64,000 bases of DNA from IMG/VR virus record IMGVR_UViG_3300023198_001068; one strand, given 5' to 3'. Positions 18,090 to 26,547 of the stretch are shown piece by piece. This stretch comes from a virus. The position numbers were made by a program, and so were the translations under genes. The notes below the pieces were generated by a model. It saw only the letters and a program-made list of their open reading frames with translations. It was not told the DNA's origin and made no database searches. How positions within the stretch are numbered: the stretch's first letter is position 1; every line of letters begins with the position of its first letter.

Positions 18090-18887
18090 GTGATGGACCA
18101 AGAAACCCTGACGGCATTCGAGTCGCTGCTCCGGCAGATGTTCCCCACCTTCCAGGTGAAGTTCAAGGAGAAGTCGCTGTTGATGAAGGCGCTCGGCGTC
18201 GTCCTCTACCCGTTCTGCCCCACCTTCATGTCTCAGTTCGTGACTACGATAGGGTCCACGGTCTACTTCCCCAAGAAGCTCTACAAGTGGGACCCGAGAA
18301 GCACGTTCCTGACGCTGGCACACGAGATGGTCCACGTCCACGACCGCCAGAAGCACGGTCTGTGGTTCACCTTGAGCTACCTCCTGCCGCAACTGCTGGC
18401 CCTGGTTCCCCTCGTCGCCTTCGCCGTCTTGGCGTGGCCCCAGAGTTGGATCGTGCTCATCCCGGTGGTGGGCTACCTGGTGGGCTGCTTGGTTGCTCGA
18501 TGGCACATCGCTCTGTTCTACGGGGTGGTGGCCCTATCAATGGGGTCCGCCGGCTACCTGGGATTCTTGGTGGGGTGGCCTGCTTTGCTCCTGGCGGCGG
18601 CCGTCGTGCTGGCCCTCCCCTGGCCCTCCCCCTGGCGGACTCGGTGGGAGGTGCGGGGCTACTCCATGAACGTGGCAGTGACCGAGTGGATGAAAGGCAC
18701 GCTCCCCCTCGACCGCCTGCTCCCCATCTTCGGAAGCCCCTACTACTTCATGAGTTGGAGCCAGGAACGGACCCGGACCAAGTTGTCAGCCGGACTTCGG
18801 GTGGCGCTGTCGGGGCAAGAGCCCTACGGCGACGTGAAGGCGTTCCTCAAGCGTCCTCAAGCCGATCCCAAGCCGTCGGTCGCCTAG
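18090..18887 (+). CDS. Membrane protein with HExxH zincin motif
   Basis: LAHEMVHVHD followed by about 4 hydrophobic segments and RWEVRGY (third-ligand Glu). Confidence 0.65.
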   Translation: MMDQETLTAFESLLRQMFPTFQVKFKEKSLLMKALGVVLYPFCPTFMSQFVTTIGSTVYFPKKLYKWDPRSTFLTLAHEMVHVHDRQKHGLWFTLSYLLPQLLALVPLVAFAVLAWPQSWIVLIPVVGYLVGCLVARWHIALFYGVVALSMGSAGYLGFLVGWPALLLAAAVVLALPWPSPWRTRWEVRGYSMNVAVTEWMKGTLPLDRLLPIFGSPYYFMSWSQERTRTKLSAGLRVALSGQEPYGDVKAFLKRPQADPKPSVA

Positions 18888-19134
18888 CGTTGTGGTGCTT
18901 CTGGATGTCGTCGATGGCGTGACCTAGGTTGCGCTGGAGGATCATGGCCTCGCCGATGGTGAGCCGTAGCACCCGCTCGGAACCAGGTGCTCCGTTTGCG
19001 TGCATCAGGACCATCACGAGTTCAGGGTCTCGGTCGTCAGGAAGGACCCCAACGGCTACGTGGGCTTCGGCATGGATTCGGCGAGCCTGTCGCTCAGACC
19101 CATAGGCCCGGTCTCGCTCGATGAAGTGGGCCAT
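18847..19134 (-). CDS. Hypothetical protein with TAW tag
   Basis: Ends RRPTAWDRLEDA. Confidence 0.7.
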   Translation of the reverse strand: MAHFIERDRAYGSERQARRIHAEAHVAVGVLPDDRDPELVMVLMHANGAPGSERVLRLTIGEAMILQRNLGHAIDDIQKHHNARRPTAWDRLEDA

Positions 19135-19457
19135 CAGTGGGTGTTCGGCCGCGAGCGTCGAGAACTGTATCCCACCTTGCGAGCCCGGCGGCGTGCGAGC
19201 CCGATGGGGTCGAGCAGGCGATCCACTCCATCCTCGTTGATGCAGTAGAGGTCGCCCTTGGTCCTGGCAACGGTGTCCAGCAACCCCAGGTCTACCAGCT
19301 TCAGGATGTCCTCAAGCTCAGCTTCCGACTCGGCCGGGGAGGACTTATCGATCCCTTCGTCGTAGAAGCTCAGCAGGATCTCCAGTTGGTTCTTGGTGAG
19401 CGGCGGCACGAACTGCGAGAGCGGGGGCCTGCGGTGGTGAGTTCCCATGTCGTTCAT
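19134..19457 (-). CDS. Hypothetical protein (winged-helix-like)
   Basis: LTKNQLEILL...ILKLVDLGLL...YCINEDG. Confidence 0.55.
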   Translation of the reverse strand: MNDMGTHHRRPPLSQFVPPLTKNQLEILLSFYDEGIDKSSPAESEAELEDILKLVDLGLLDTVARTKGDLYCINEDGVDRLLDPIGLARRRARKVGYSSRRSRPNTH

Positions 19458-19462
19458 CGGAT

Positions 19463-20161
19463 CTAGTCCTCGGAAGCGTTCTCGTCTACAGGAGCGTCAT
19501 CCAAGTAAAGGATTCGCTCCCAGGACGTGAGCTTTTCGAGGGGTCGATAGTCTAGGTAGAGGTCTTGAAGGCCCACCCAGACGGTCTCCGTCACGTTGCG
19601 TTGTTCTTCGGCGTCCCAGATGGGCTTCTCGGACCGAAGCATGATGACGTGGTGGCCCGGGTCTCGTCTGACTTCCACCACTCGGTAGTATTCCCTGTCG
19701 TCGCGGTTGATCCACACGCTGTCGATTTGGGGAGCGAAGTCCCCGACCTTGCGGCCCTCCAGCATGGCCTCGATGGAAACCTTTTGGACTTCCCCGTTGG
19801 GCTCTTTGACCTGGGCCGTGCTGCCGTCGCTGGACAAGACAACCCCACGCTCGTCCACCCACTCCCAGACCTCCCCCGGCTTGGGGATCTCGATGGACAG
19901 GACGTTGTAGATGCGCTCCAGGTTGAGTTGGACGCTGACCCAGTAGGCGTCGTCGCTGGAGTTGACGATGGCCCGCTCGTCGTAGAGGGGCTTCTCGCTG
20001 TCGTTCGCCGAGTAGTAGGCGATCCGGGTGGCGAACCCGGTCTCCTTGGGCCACTCGATGTGTGCCCCCTCGTTCGGCAAGTTGACCCGAACTCGCTCGG
20101 TCAGTAGCTCCCGTTTCCCGTGAAACAGTGCCACCCAGACGGCTCGGGGGAGAGTCGTCAT
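19463..20161 (-). CDS. Hypothetical protein with TAW-like tag
   Basis: LTSWERILYLDD plus acidic tail; ATG 20161. Confidence 0.65.
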   Translation of the reverse strand: MTTLPRAVWVALFHGKRELLTERVRVNLPNEGAHIEWPKETGFATRIAYYSANDSEKPLYDERAIVNSSDDAYWVSVQLNLERIYNVLSIEIPKPGEVWEWVDERGVVLSSDGSTAQVKEPNGEVQKVSIEAMLEGRKVGDFAPQIDSVWINRDDREYYRVVEVRRDPGHHVIMLRSEKPIWDAEEQRNVTETVWVGLQDLYLDYRPLEKLTSWERILYLDDAPVDENASED

Positions 20162-20454
20162 CCCTCCCCATGGCTCTTGCGGGAACCCAACACCCCGAGC
20201 AGGGCGCCAAGCACGTCCTCGGCCGACGTGGCGAACCCACTCAACATCCAACGGGACGTGTGCTCGCCGATGCGAGCCGACCACTCCCAGTACAAGAGGC
20301 CCCCGGCGGCGAGGCAGGGCCGCTTGCAGACCCGCACCGACCGGAGGCTGTAGGTGCGACCATCGATCCGCTCGGCGTGCTTGACGATCTGGTTCAGGAG
20401 CGCCCCAACCTCGTCGTCAGCGGGGGCTTTCTGGAAAGCGGGCGGTTGCATCAT
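20158..20454 (-). CDS. Hypothetical protein
   Basis: Coupled to the downstream gene. Confidence 0.5.
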   Translation of the reverse strand: MMQPPAFQKAPADDEVGALLNQIVKHAERIDGRTYSLRSVRVCKRPCLAAGGLLYWEWSARIGEHTSRWMLSGFATSAEDVLGALLGVLGSRKSHGEG

Positions 20455-20468
20455 GGTATAAACCTCTC

Positions 20469-20687
20469 ATGCCTCCCTTACAGTACACCATGTTGGAGCC
20501 GGAGATGACTTGGGCTGGAAAGCCGGAAAACAAGCCCCCCAGCAGGATCTCGGGGCTCGCCCTTCAGGTCCTATTCAGCGTCATGCTCTGCGGGAGCGGC
20601 TGGGTCGTGGGCCGCTGGGCGGGAGCCATCGTCGGCGCCATCCTGGTGACGGTCTTCCTGTACGTGGTAGGCAAGACCCAGAACTAG
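20469..20687 (+). CDS. Small membrane protein
   Basis: Two hydrophobic segments. Confidence 0.5.
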   Translation: MPPLQYTMLEPEMTWAGKPENKPPSRISGLALQVLFSVMLCGSGWVVGRWAGAIVGAILVTVFLYVVGKTQN

Positions 20688-21016
20688 CAGTCGCCGCCCT
20701 TGCTCATCACCAGGCGAGCCACGGGCCAGCAGGCGCACTTCTGGTCAGCGATGGCGATGATCCAGAAGTGGAAGGGGCCAGGTTGATTGCTGACCACGGA
20801 AGCCGGCTGCTCCATGTGCCGCTGGAACTCATCGAAGTCTGGGCCGAGGGTCTTGATGAGAGTTGCCCGGGGACCGCAACCTACTCCGACCGTCTCGTGG
20901 TCAACTCTGATCACGACCACCGCCAGGTCAGCCGAGCCCGTCTGGGCGAACGTCTTTGACCAGGCATCAGAGATGCGATCCTCGTGTTCTTGGGCAAGCT
21001 CTGTCAGGTCGGACAA
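20684..21016 (-). CDS. Hypothetical protein
   Basis: ORF in a minus-strand run. Confidence 0.55.
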   Translation of the reverse strand: MSDLTELAQEHEDRISDAWSKTFAQTGSADLAVVVIRVDHETVGVGCGPRATLIKTLGPDFDEFQRHMEQPASVVSNQPGPFHFWIIAIADQKCACWPVARLVMSKGGDC

Positions 21017-21384
21017 CTCAATCTCCTTCGATGAACCGGTTGAGGTGCAGCATAGCCGCCCTCATCGCCTCCGTCGCCGCTTTCAACTCTTTCTCCTGGT
21101 GCTTTTTCAGGTGCGACTCGGAGGGTAGCTTCTGATGGCTGGGTAGGCAGCGGTAGCTCTCGGAGAGCCTGCCGATCAAGCATGTACTCACCGTCCTGAA
21201 CTCGTCCGTGCTGTCCATCCCAACACCTCAAGCAAAGCTCCACCTTGGACACGGCATCAACGAAATCGTGGCGACTGCCCGCAGGCCCATAGGGGTTGCC
21301 GATAAGGGAATTTTTACCTCCGAATCTGCCGATTTCGAGGGAGGGGCCGGCCTCTGGGGGGAGTCCCTGCAAGTAGGCCCACGG

Positions 21385-21409
21385 GCCAGGTTAAATTTGG
21401 GGCCGCTGG
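21385..21409 (+). repeat. 25-bp repeat copy 1 (GCCAGGTTAAATTTGGGGCCGCTGG)
   Basis: 24/25 identical to the reverse complement of 55826-55850. Confidence 0.75.
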
Positions 21410-21423
21410 ATCGTCTCTTAATC

Positions 21424-22263
21424 GTGAGACTCCCCGAGAACTACAGCGGCGCGACTTCCGACAGTCACCTGGTTCAACTCTGGCTGGCGGGTCGGCCCTC
21501 CAACACCGCAGCGGCCTACAGCCGGGATGCGGACTCGTTCCTTGGGTTCCTGGAGTCCGAGGCCATCTGCCTGCAAGACGCCAAGGTGGACCATGTGGTC
21601 CGCTACGTCGAGACCCTGACGGGTGCCCCGGCGACCGTGGCTCGCAAGGTCCGCTCGCTCAAGAGCCTGCTGACCTACGCCCACCGGACCGGCTACACGG
21701 TGTTCAACGTGGGCAAGGTCCTCCGGGCCCCCTCGATTCCGAACCGCCTCCACGAGCGGATCCTGACCGAGGAAACCGTCAAGGCTCTCATTCAGGCGGC
21801 GGCCCCGGGCCGAGACCGCCTGCTCATCGCCCTTCTGTACTACGCCGGCTCTCGCATCACCGAGACCCTGGGGCTCTCCTGGAAGGACCTGGGGCCCGGC
21901 AACGCGACCTTCCACGGCAAGGGTGGCAAGACCCGCACCGTGGCCATTCCCGAGGACCTCATCGCTGAGCTACGCAAGCTGCGGTGGGCCGATGACACCA
22001 ACGACAGCGCCGTGTTCAAGAGCAGTTGGGGCAACCGCCTCTGCCGTCGCGAGGGCTGCCGGGTCGTGCATGAGGCGGCGGATGCCATCGGTGAGAAGGC
22101 GTCCCCTCACTGGCTGCGCCACGCTCACGCCAGCCACTCCCTGGACCACGGGGCTCCGATTCACCTGCTGCAAGCGTGCCTGGGTCACTCCAGCGTGGCC
22201 ACCACCAGCAAGTACCTCCACGTCCGCCCGAACGAAGGAACCTCTCAGTTCCTCAACTTCTGA
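21424..22263 (+). CDS. Tyrosine recombinase/integrase (XerC/D-like)
   Basis: RDRLLIALLYYAGSRITE, GKGGKTR, HWLRHAHAS, LGHSSVATTSKY (R-K-H-R-H-Y intact); start uncertain, GTG 21424 chosen. Confidence 0.9.
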   Translation: MRLPENYSGATSDSHLVQLWLAGRPSNTAAAYSRDADSFLGFLESEAICLQDAKVDHVVRYVETLTGAPATVARKVRSLKSLLTYAHRTGYTVFNVGKVLRAPSIPNRLHERILTEETVKALIQAAAPGRDRLLIALLYYAGSRITETLGLSWKDLGPGNATFHGKGGKTRTVAIPEDLIAELRKLRWADDTNDSAVFKSSWGNRLCRREGCRVVHEAADAIGEKASPHWLRHAHASHSLDHGAPIHLLQACLGHSSVATTSKYLHVRPNEGTSQFLNF

Positions 22264-22269
22264 GGCCGG

Positions 22270-22506
22270 CTACTTCCGGTACTTCTCGGGGAGCGCCCAG
22301 GCAGGGACGCTCCCCATCTTGGCCATGATGGCGCCCTCGACATCATCCTCGGCGAGCTTGGTGTCGGGAGCCTCGTCATGGTTCGCCTTGACGACCTTGT
22401 TGACCAGTTCCTTGAGTTGGGCCTTCCCCTTCTCGGGGTCCGAGTCGAGCGTCTTGGTCCCGTCCTCGTCTACCACCTTGCCGGCCAAGTCCTTCAGGTC
22501 AGACAT
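22270..22506 (-). CDS. Small hypothetical protein
   Basis: Coding-like ORF. Confidence 0.55.
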   Translation of the reverse strand: MSDLKDLAGKVVDEDGTKTLDSDPEKGKAQLKELVNKVVKANHDEAPDTKLAEDDVEGAIMAKMGSVPAWALPEKYRK

Positions 22507-22712
22507 GATCTAGCTCCGTTGTTCAGGGCGACCGTGAGCGCTTTCCTGGCGTCCTCCAGGGTAGCCCGGGTGTTCGGGTTCTGGTCTCTTAGCATGGACA
22601 CCACCCAGCCGGCCAGGTACGTGATGTTGGCACGACCCTCCTTGAAGTTTTTGACCTCATGAGGATGGGTGTCAACTGCCACTCTCACCATGCGTTCGAG
22701 TTCGGGGACCAT
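22494..22712 (-). CDS. GatB/YqeY C-terminal-like small protein
   Basis: VKNFKEGRANITYLAGWVVSML...NP pattern. Confidence 0.4.
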   Translation of the reverse strand: MVPELERMVRVAVDTHPHEVKNFKEGRANITYLAGWVVSMLRDQNPNTRATLEDARKALTVALNNGARSCLT

Positions 22713-23307
22713 ACTCGGCAGCTTCTAAGGATTCGTGTTGAAGGTTCGGAGGTAGATCCTCCGCTCTCAAGATGCGGTCCCAAGCCGTCGGCACGACGGG
22801 CTCGGGAGCAGGCGTGTTGGTGATGACTTCAGGGTGGAGGTGGTGAACAGAATCTTGTGTTACGACCTTGGGGAAGCACTTGGGTATCTCGCCCGTGTTC
22901 GTCAGCGCTTCGTGCAACGGCTGGACCACTTTGTATTCGATGGTGCCCGTAGACAGCACCCCGCACGCATGGGCCGTCAGTAGCGAAACGTGTTTCTCTA
23001 GCTCGACTATCCTGGCCTCAAGTTGCTTGGTGCGTTCCTGGTGGGCGTCCACCAGGTAGCCCCCGCCGATGATCGTGGTGTCGTGAGGGCTGAGGTTCTC
23101 GGGAACGGGGTGGGTGGGGCCGTCCTGGCAAATCGTCAGGGTCTCTCTCCGCACGATGACCGGAGCGCTGAGAGCGAGCGCGCAGTCCGGGCAGTCGGTC
23201 CTGCTAGATGAGGACTGGTACAGCCACGAGTCAGCACTCGGGAGGCGGTCCCGCTCTAGTCCGCAGAGCGTGTGGTCACCGTCCAACCCAACCAGGTGTG
23301 TGGCCAT
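22672..23307 (-). CDS. Hypothetical protein with TAW motif
   Basis: PTAWDRILRAED about 35 aa from the end. Confidence 0.65.
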   Translation of the reverse strand: MATHLVGLDGDHTLCGLERDRLPSADSWLYQSSSSRTDCPDCALALSAPVIVRRETLTICQDGPTHPVPENLSPHDTTIIGGGYLVDAHQERTKQLEARIVELEKHVSLLTAHACGVLSTGTIEYKVVQPLHEALTNTGEIPKCFPKVVTQDSVHHLHPEVITNTPAPEPVVPTAWDRILRAEDLPPNLQHESLEAAEYGPRTRTHGESGS

Positions 23308-23309
23308 GG

Positions 23310-23741
23310 CTAGTCCTCATCGGGCAGGTCTAGGGGGCTGTCTGGGTTGAACGCTTCCAGCGGCCAGCGGCCACGCTTGACGAGCGTGTGGAAGTCCTTG
23401 AGAGCGGCCAGGTAGCCGTAGTGCCAGTAGTCCCGAGCCGCCCCGTTTTCCTCGTGCTTGCGCTCGTCGAACACCTCGGGGTGGAGTTGCTTGAGCTTCG
23501 CCAGGAGACTCTTGGCTCGCAGTTCCAGCATGAGACGGAAGAAGTCTCGGTTCTTCTTCTTGGGCATCTCCGGAACCGGCGCCTGTCCACGGATGACCAG
23601 GATCTCTTTTCGGCGAGGCTGGACCTCTCGCTGCCGCTTCCGCTGGGACGCTGCTCTCATGCGTGCTGACTCTCCCCGAACGATAGGTCCCGTTGGGAAC
23701 TGGGTCGGAGGGTCCGTCAAGGGGCTTTCGCTGTCGTTCAC
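23310..23741 (-). CDS. Hypothetical protein
   Basis: Coding-like ORF. Confidence 0.55.
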   Translation of the reverse strand: MNDSESPLTDPPTQFPTGPIVRGESARMRAASQRKRQREVQPRRKEILVIRGQAPVPEMPKKKNRDFFRLMLELRAKSLLAKLKQLHPEVFDERKHEENGAARDYWHYGYLAALKDFHTLVKRGRWPLEAFNPDSPLDLPDED

Positions 23742-23847
23742 CCACCAGTCTTATAGTCTTACGGATCGGATCTGACAAGACGAATATGACAAACGCAGAG
23801 AGGCCCCCGGGGGTCGGGAGCCTCTCTACAGTTGGAGTCGGGGAAGC

Positions 23848-24201
23848 CTACCGTGGCTTCATGTCGAGGTTGAGTTGCCGTGCCGCTTGGACCTGCATGA
23901 GTTGCATGAACCCGCTGGCTGCGCCGGCTCCACTGCCGCTGCCTTCGCCCATCTGGATCGTAGGCACCCAGCGTTGCTTGCCCATCTCGGCGGCCCCGGC
24001 GGCGTCTTGAGCCGCCTCCAGGACATCTTCTGCCACGAGCCTGCGTCCCTTGGCTTCCTGGAGATTCACCCTGGCTTTGCGGCGGTCGCGTCGGAACCAG
24101 GGAAACAGCCGCCGGCTGTGGTAGGCTGGGATCGCTACTTGCACGACCAAAAACAGCAACGTGAGGCCAATTACGGCAAATACGAGCAGTCGAAGTACCA
24201 T
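23848..24201 (-). CDS. Membrane-anchored hypothetical protein
   Basis: N-terminal TM segment; GGTGTAGGGT motif at 24211-24220. Confidence 0.65.
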   Translation of the reverse strand: MVLRLLVFAVIGLTLLFLVVQVAIPAYHSRRLFPWFRRDRRKARVNLQEAKGRRLVAEDVLEAAQDAAGAAEMGKQRWVPTIQMGEGSGSGAGAASGFMQLMQVQAARQLNLDMKPR

Positions 24202-24243
24202 GTTGACCTTACCCTACACCGGCTCGCTCGTCGGACTCTAAAA

Positions 24244-25311
24244 ATGTGGACCCTCTGGTACTACCTGACTTCGCTCGATGAAAGGGTGAACTTGCGAGGC
24301 GAGGTGGCCCTGCTGCGAGCGGACCCCCACGTCCAGGAAGTGCGTGTCCCCAGGGTGGGCACCCAGGACCGGGAGGTCCGGGTCACGGTCGTCTTTCGGG
24401 AGGGCCAAGACACCCCTCAAGATCCGATGCTCCGGGTTCTCCGTGAGCGACACGAGCGACACTACACGGCCTCTGGGTTGGAGCCCGTGTTCTCTCACAC
24501 GTTCACTCGTTCCCGAGGGCAGCCCAACCGGAACGGCGACGTGTTCCCGGAGAACTTCGGCCTCCAGCAGATGGAGGGTGAGACGGACGACGAGCTTCGA
24601 CAACGGATCATCAACCAGTACCTCATCGCCGCCCCGGACGGACGAACTCGCTTGACCGAGAGTATGGTTGCACCGCTTCGGCAACGGCTCGACTACAGTT
24701 CCGTCGCTCGCCGAACATTCATGGTGGACAGGTTGCCAGACGGGGCCCTCCCCATCTTCACCGAGGACCCGGATGTGAGGGGTGCCATCGCTGAGGGCGC
24801 TCAACCCAGCATGTCGATGGGGACCAGCGTTCCCTACCAGATGCCCGAGGGCCGCAACCTGGGCGATTACGTCATGGGGGTGGACCCCGGCAGCGGTCCT
24901 GACTCCACAGGCATGGTGATCCACGACATCAGCTTAGTGTCCGATCCCATTGACCCCCATACCCGCATCCAGCAGCCCGTAATGGTCACAGAGGAACCAG
25001 GGGAGATGTGGGTGAACCCCAGGGCGTTGAGAGCCCTGGGCGGCACGGCTCGCTACCCTGTCTCAGACTCGATGGTGAAGGGGCGCCCTCTGCCGTCCTG
25101 GTGCCTCCCAGGGGCCTGGGTGGCCGCCCGGGACGGGGGCCTCATCCACCAGGTCCGGTTCGTTGAGGCCCCTGTGGTCGGCCTGACTCGCTTCGACACC
25201 GGGGAGACCGTCTACTGGAGCCGCTTCGACAAGCCATTCCTGGCGGTCTGGCGTTCGGTGCCTGACCCCAGGAGGACTTGGTTCGAGCGGCTGCTAGAGG
25301 TTCAAGCGTAA
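24244..25311 (+). CDS. Hypothetical protein with TAW-variant tag
   Basis: True start likely ATG 24244; ends PRRTWFERLLEVQA. Confidence 0.65.
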   Translation: MWTLWYYLTSLDERVNLRGEVALLRADPHVQEVRVPRVGTQDREVRVTVVFREGQDTPQDPMLRVLRERHERHYTASGLEPVFSHTFTRSRGQPNRNGDVFPENFGLQQMEGETDDELRQRIINQYLIAAPDGRTRLTESMVAPLRQRLDYSSVARRTFMVDRLPDGALPIFTEDPDVRGAIAEGAQPSMSMGTSVPYQMPEGRNLGDYVMGVDPGSGPDSTGMVIHDISLVSDPIDPHTRIQQPVMVTEEPGEMWVNPRALRALGGTARYPVSDSMVKGRPLPSWCLPGAWVAARDGGLIHQVRFVEAPVVGLTRFDTGETVYWSRFDKPFLAVWRSVPDPRRTWFERLLEVQA

Positions 25312-25475
25312 TCGCGAGCGTAATCGCGACAAGCCCGACGACCCGCCTGACGAACCTTGGTCTCGGCTGCCTTGGTGGCCGCTCGATACGAGCGACGAGG
25401 CGCGTGACCGTGATTCTGAACGAAGCTCTTGGCCCGTGCGTCCTGACCCTGAGCGGTGGTGCCGACTTTACCCAT
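25302..25475 (-). CDS. Small basic protein (57 aa, below ORF-track cutoff)
   Basis: MGKVGTTAQG...RDYARDYA; ATG overlaps the end of 25468..25647. Confidence 0.5.
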   Translation of the reverse strand: MGKVGTTAQGQDARAKSFVQNHGHAPRRSYRAATKAAETKVRQAGRRACRDYARDYA

Positions 25476-25647
25476 GCTCAGGAGACGTTTGAACGGCCGA
25501 TTTTTTAACCTGGGGCTTCTCGAATTTGACCCCGCGAGGGCTCGTCGCCTGGGCCGAGCACGAGTCGCAGAGGGGAACCGTGCCCTTCATCGTGGTGGCC
25601 ACGTTCGTCCCGCAGGCCAAGCAGAGTTGCTTGCCGTCGATCTTCAT
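25468..25647 (-). CDS. Small Zn-ribbon protein (59 aa, below cutoff)
   Basis: MKIDGKQLCLACG...LCDSCS. Confidence 0.55.
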   Translation of the reverse strand: MKIDGKQLCLACGTNVATTMKGTVPLCDSCSAQATSPRGVKFEKPQVKKSAVQTSPEHG

Positions 25648-25671
25648 GCCCTCACCGTACCACGGGATTTG

Positions 25672-26163
25672 CTACCAAAGCTTGTGGTTTTGACGGATGT
25701 TGCCGAGCGCTGTCAGACCCCCCATGGGGTGTAGCACGAAGCCGGCCATGTAGGTGATGTCTTGGATGTCGTCTGTTCTCGGCTTGCCTGTGATCCCTTT
25801 GGAGAAAGCCGCGTTCTGCTTGGCTTCCTTGTAGTCCTGCATGTCACGGGCATCGAGTTTGGACTCGTCGAGGTGAGACACCAAGGTTTCGAGCCCCTTG
25901 AGCATCTTCTTGGCGTCTGCCTTAGCCAACTTGAGAAGCTCCCAGGCTCGCTTGATCTGCTCTGGTGTAACTTCACCGTACTTGCCTGCTTGACGCAGCC
26001 TGTCCAACTCCTTGCTCAGATCGCTTGGTCGCATGGCTCCCCACTTGAGGGCGAGCTTGACCATCCTCCCCCACAGGGCCTCGTGCTTGCTGTCGAACAG
26101 GTCGTTCCCCTTGGCTTCCAAGGTGCGAGCAGCCCGGCGGTCGTAGTCGTAGGTCATATCCAC
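25672..26163 (-). CDS. Hypothetical protein (N-terminal YDYDRRAA)
   Basis: Coding-like ORF. Confidence 0.65.
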   Translation of the reverse strand: MDMTYDYDRRAARTLEAKGNDLFDSKHEALWGRMVKLALKWGAMRPSDLSKELDRLRQAGKYGEVTPEQIKRAWELLKLAKADAKKMLKGLETLVSHLDESKLDARDMQDYKEAKQNAAFSKGITGKPRTDDIQDITYMAGFVLHPMGGLTALGNIRQNHKLW

Positions 26164-26217
26164 AGAGTCTCATCAAAAGACCTTGACTCCCGAGTGTAGG
26201 CAGGTGTAGGTAGGTGT

Positions 26218-26547
26218 ATGACGTTATCCTACACCTTTGGCCAGCTTCCCATCCACGAACAGAAGAACATCATCAAGGCGCTGTTCGAGGCGCTCCACAA
26301 GCTGCGGGGCTACCTCTATGAGGCCGACCTCAAGCGTTTCGTCTCCTGGGTGGACGACGAGTATCATGCCAACAAGAACGCAGCAGGGCGCCCCTCAGCG
26401 CCCGCACGGCCCACGCGGCCCCCGGAGCCCCGGACGGCCTGGGACCGGATCCGGGGCGTCATGTCCCACCGGGACCAGGACATGGTGATTCGGGAGCCTC
26501 TGAGGGGAGGCGACGAGTACCACCGGTCTCAGCTTCTAAGCCGCTGA
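26218..26547 (+). CDS. Hypothetical protein with TAW motif
   Basis: EPRTAWDRIRG; tandem GTGTA motifs upstream. Confidence 0.6.
   Translation: MTLSYTFGQLPIHEQKNIIKALFEALHKLRGYLYEADLKRFVSWVDDEYHANKNAAGRPSAPARPTRPPEPRTAWDRIRGVMSHRDQDMVIREPLRGGDEYHRSQLLSR

Noticed and set aside
21208-22263. Integrase as a prophage boundary
   Set aside because: Phage-like genes and the same motifs continue on both sides, and no host genes or tRNA att site are visible.
23875-24243. N-terminal extension of the 478-aa ORF
   Set aside because: It is antisense to the TM gene 23848..24201; ATG 24244 is the better start.
25495-25520. CCAGGTTAAA partial match to the 25-bp repeat
   Set aside because: The match is short and lies inside the small Zn-ribbon ORF 25468..25647.
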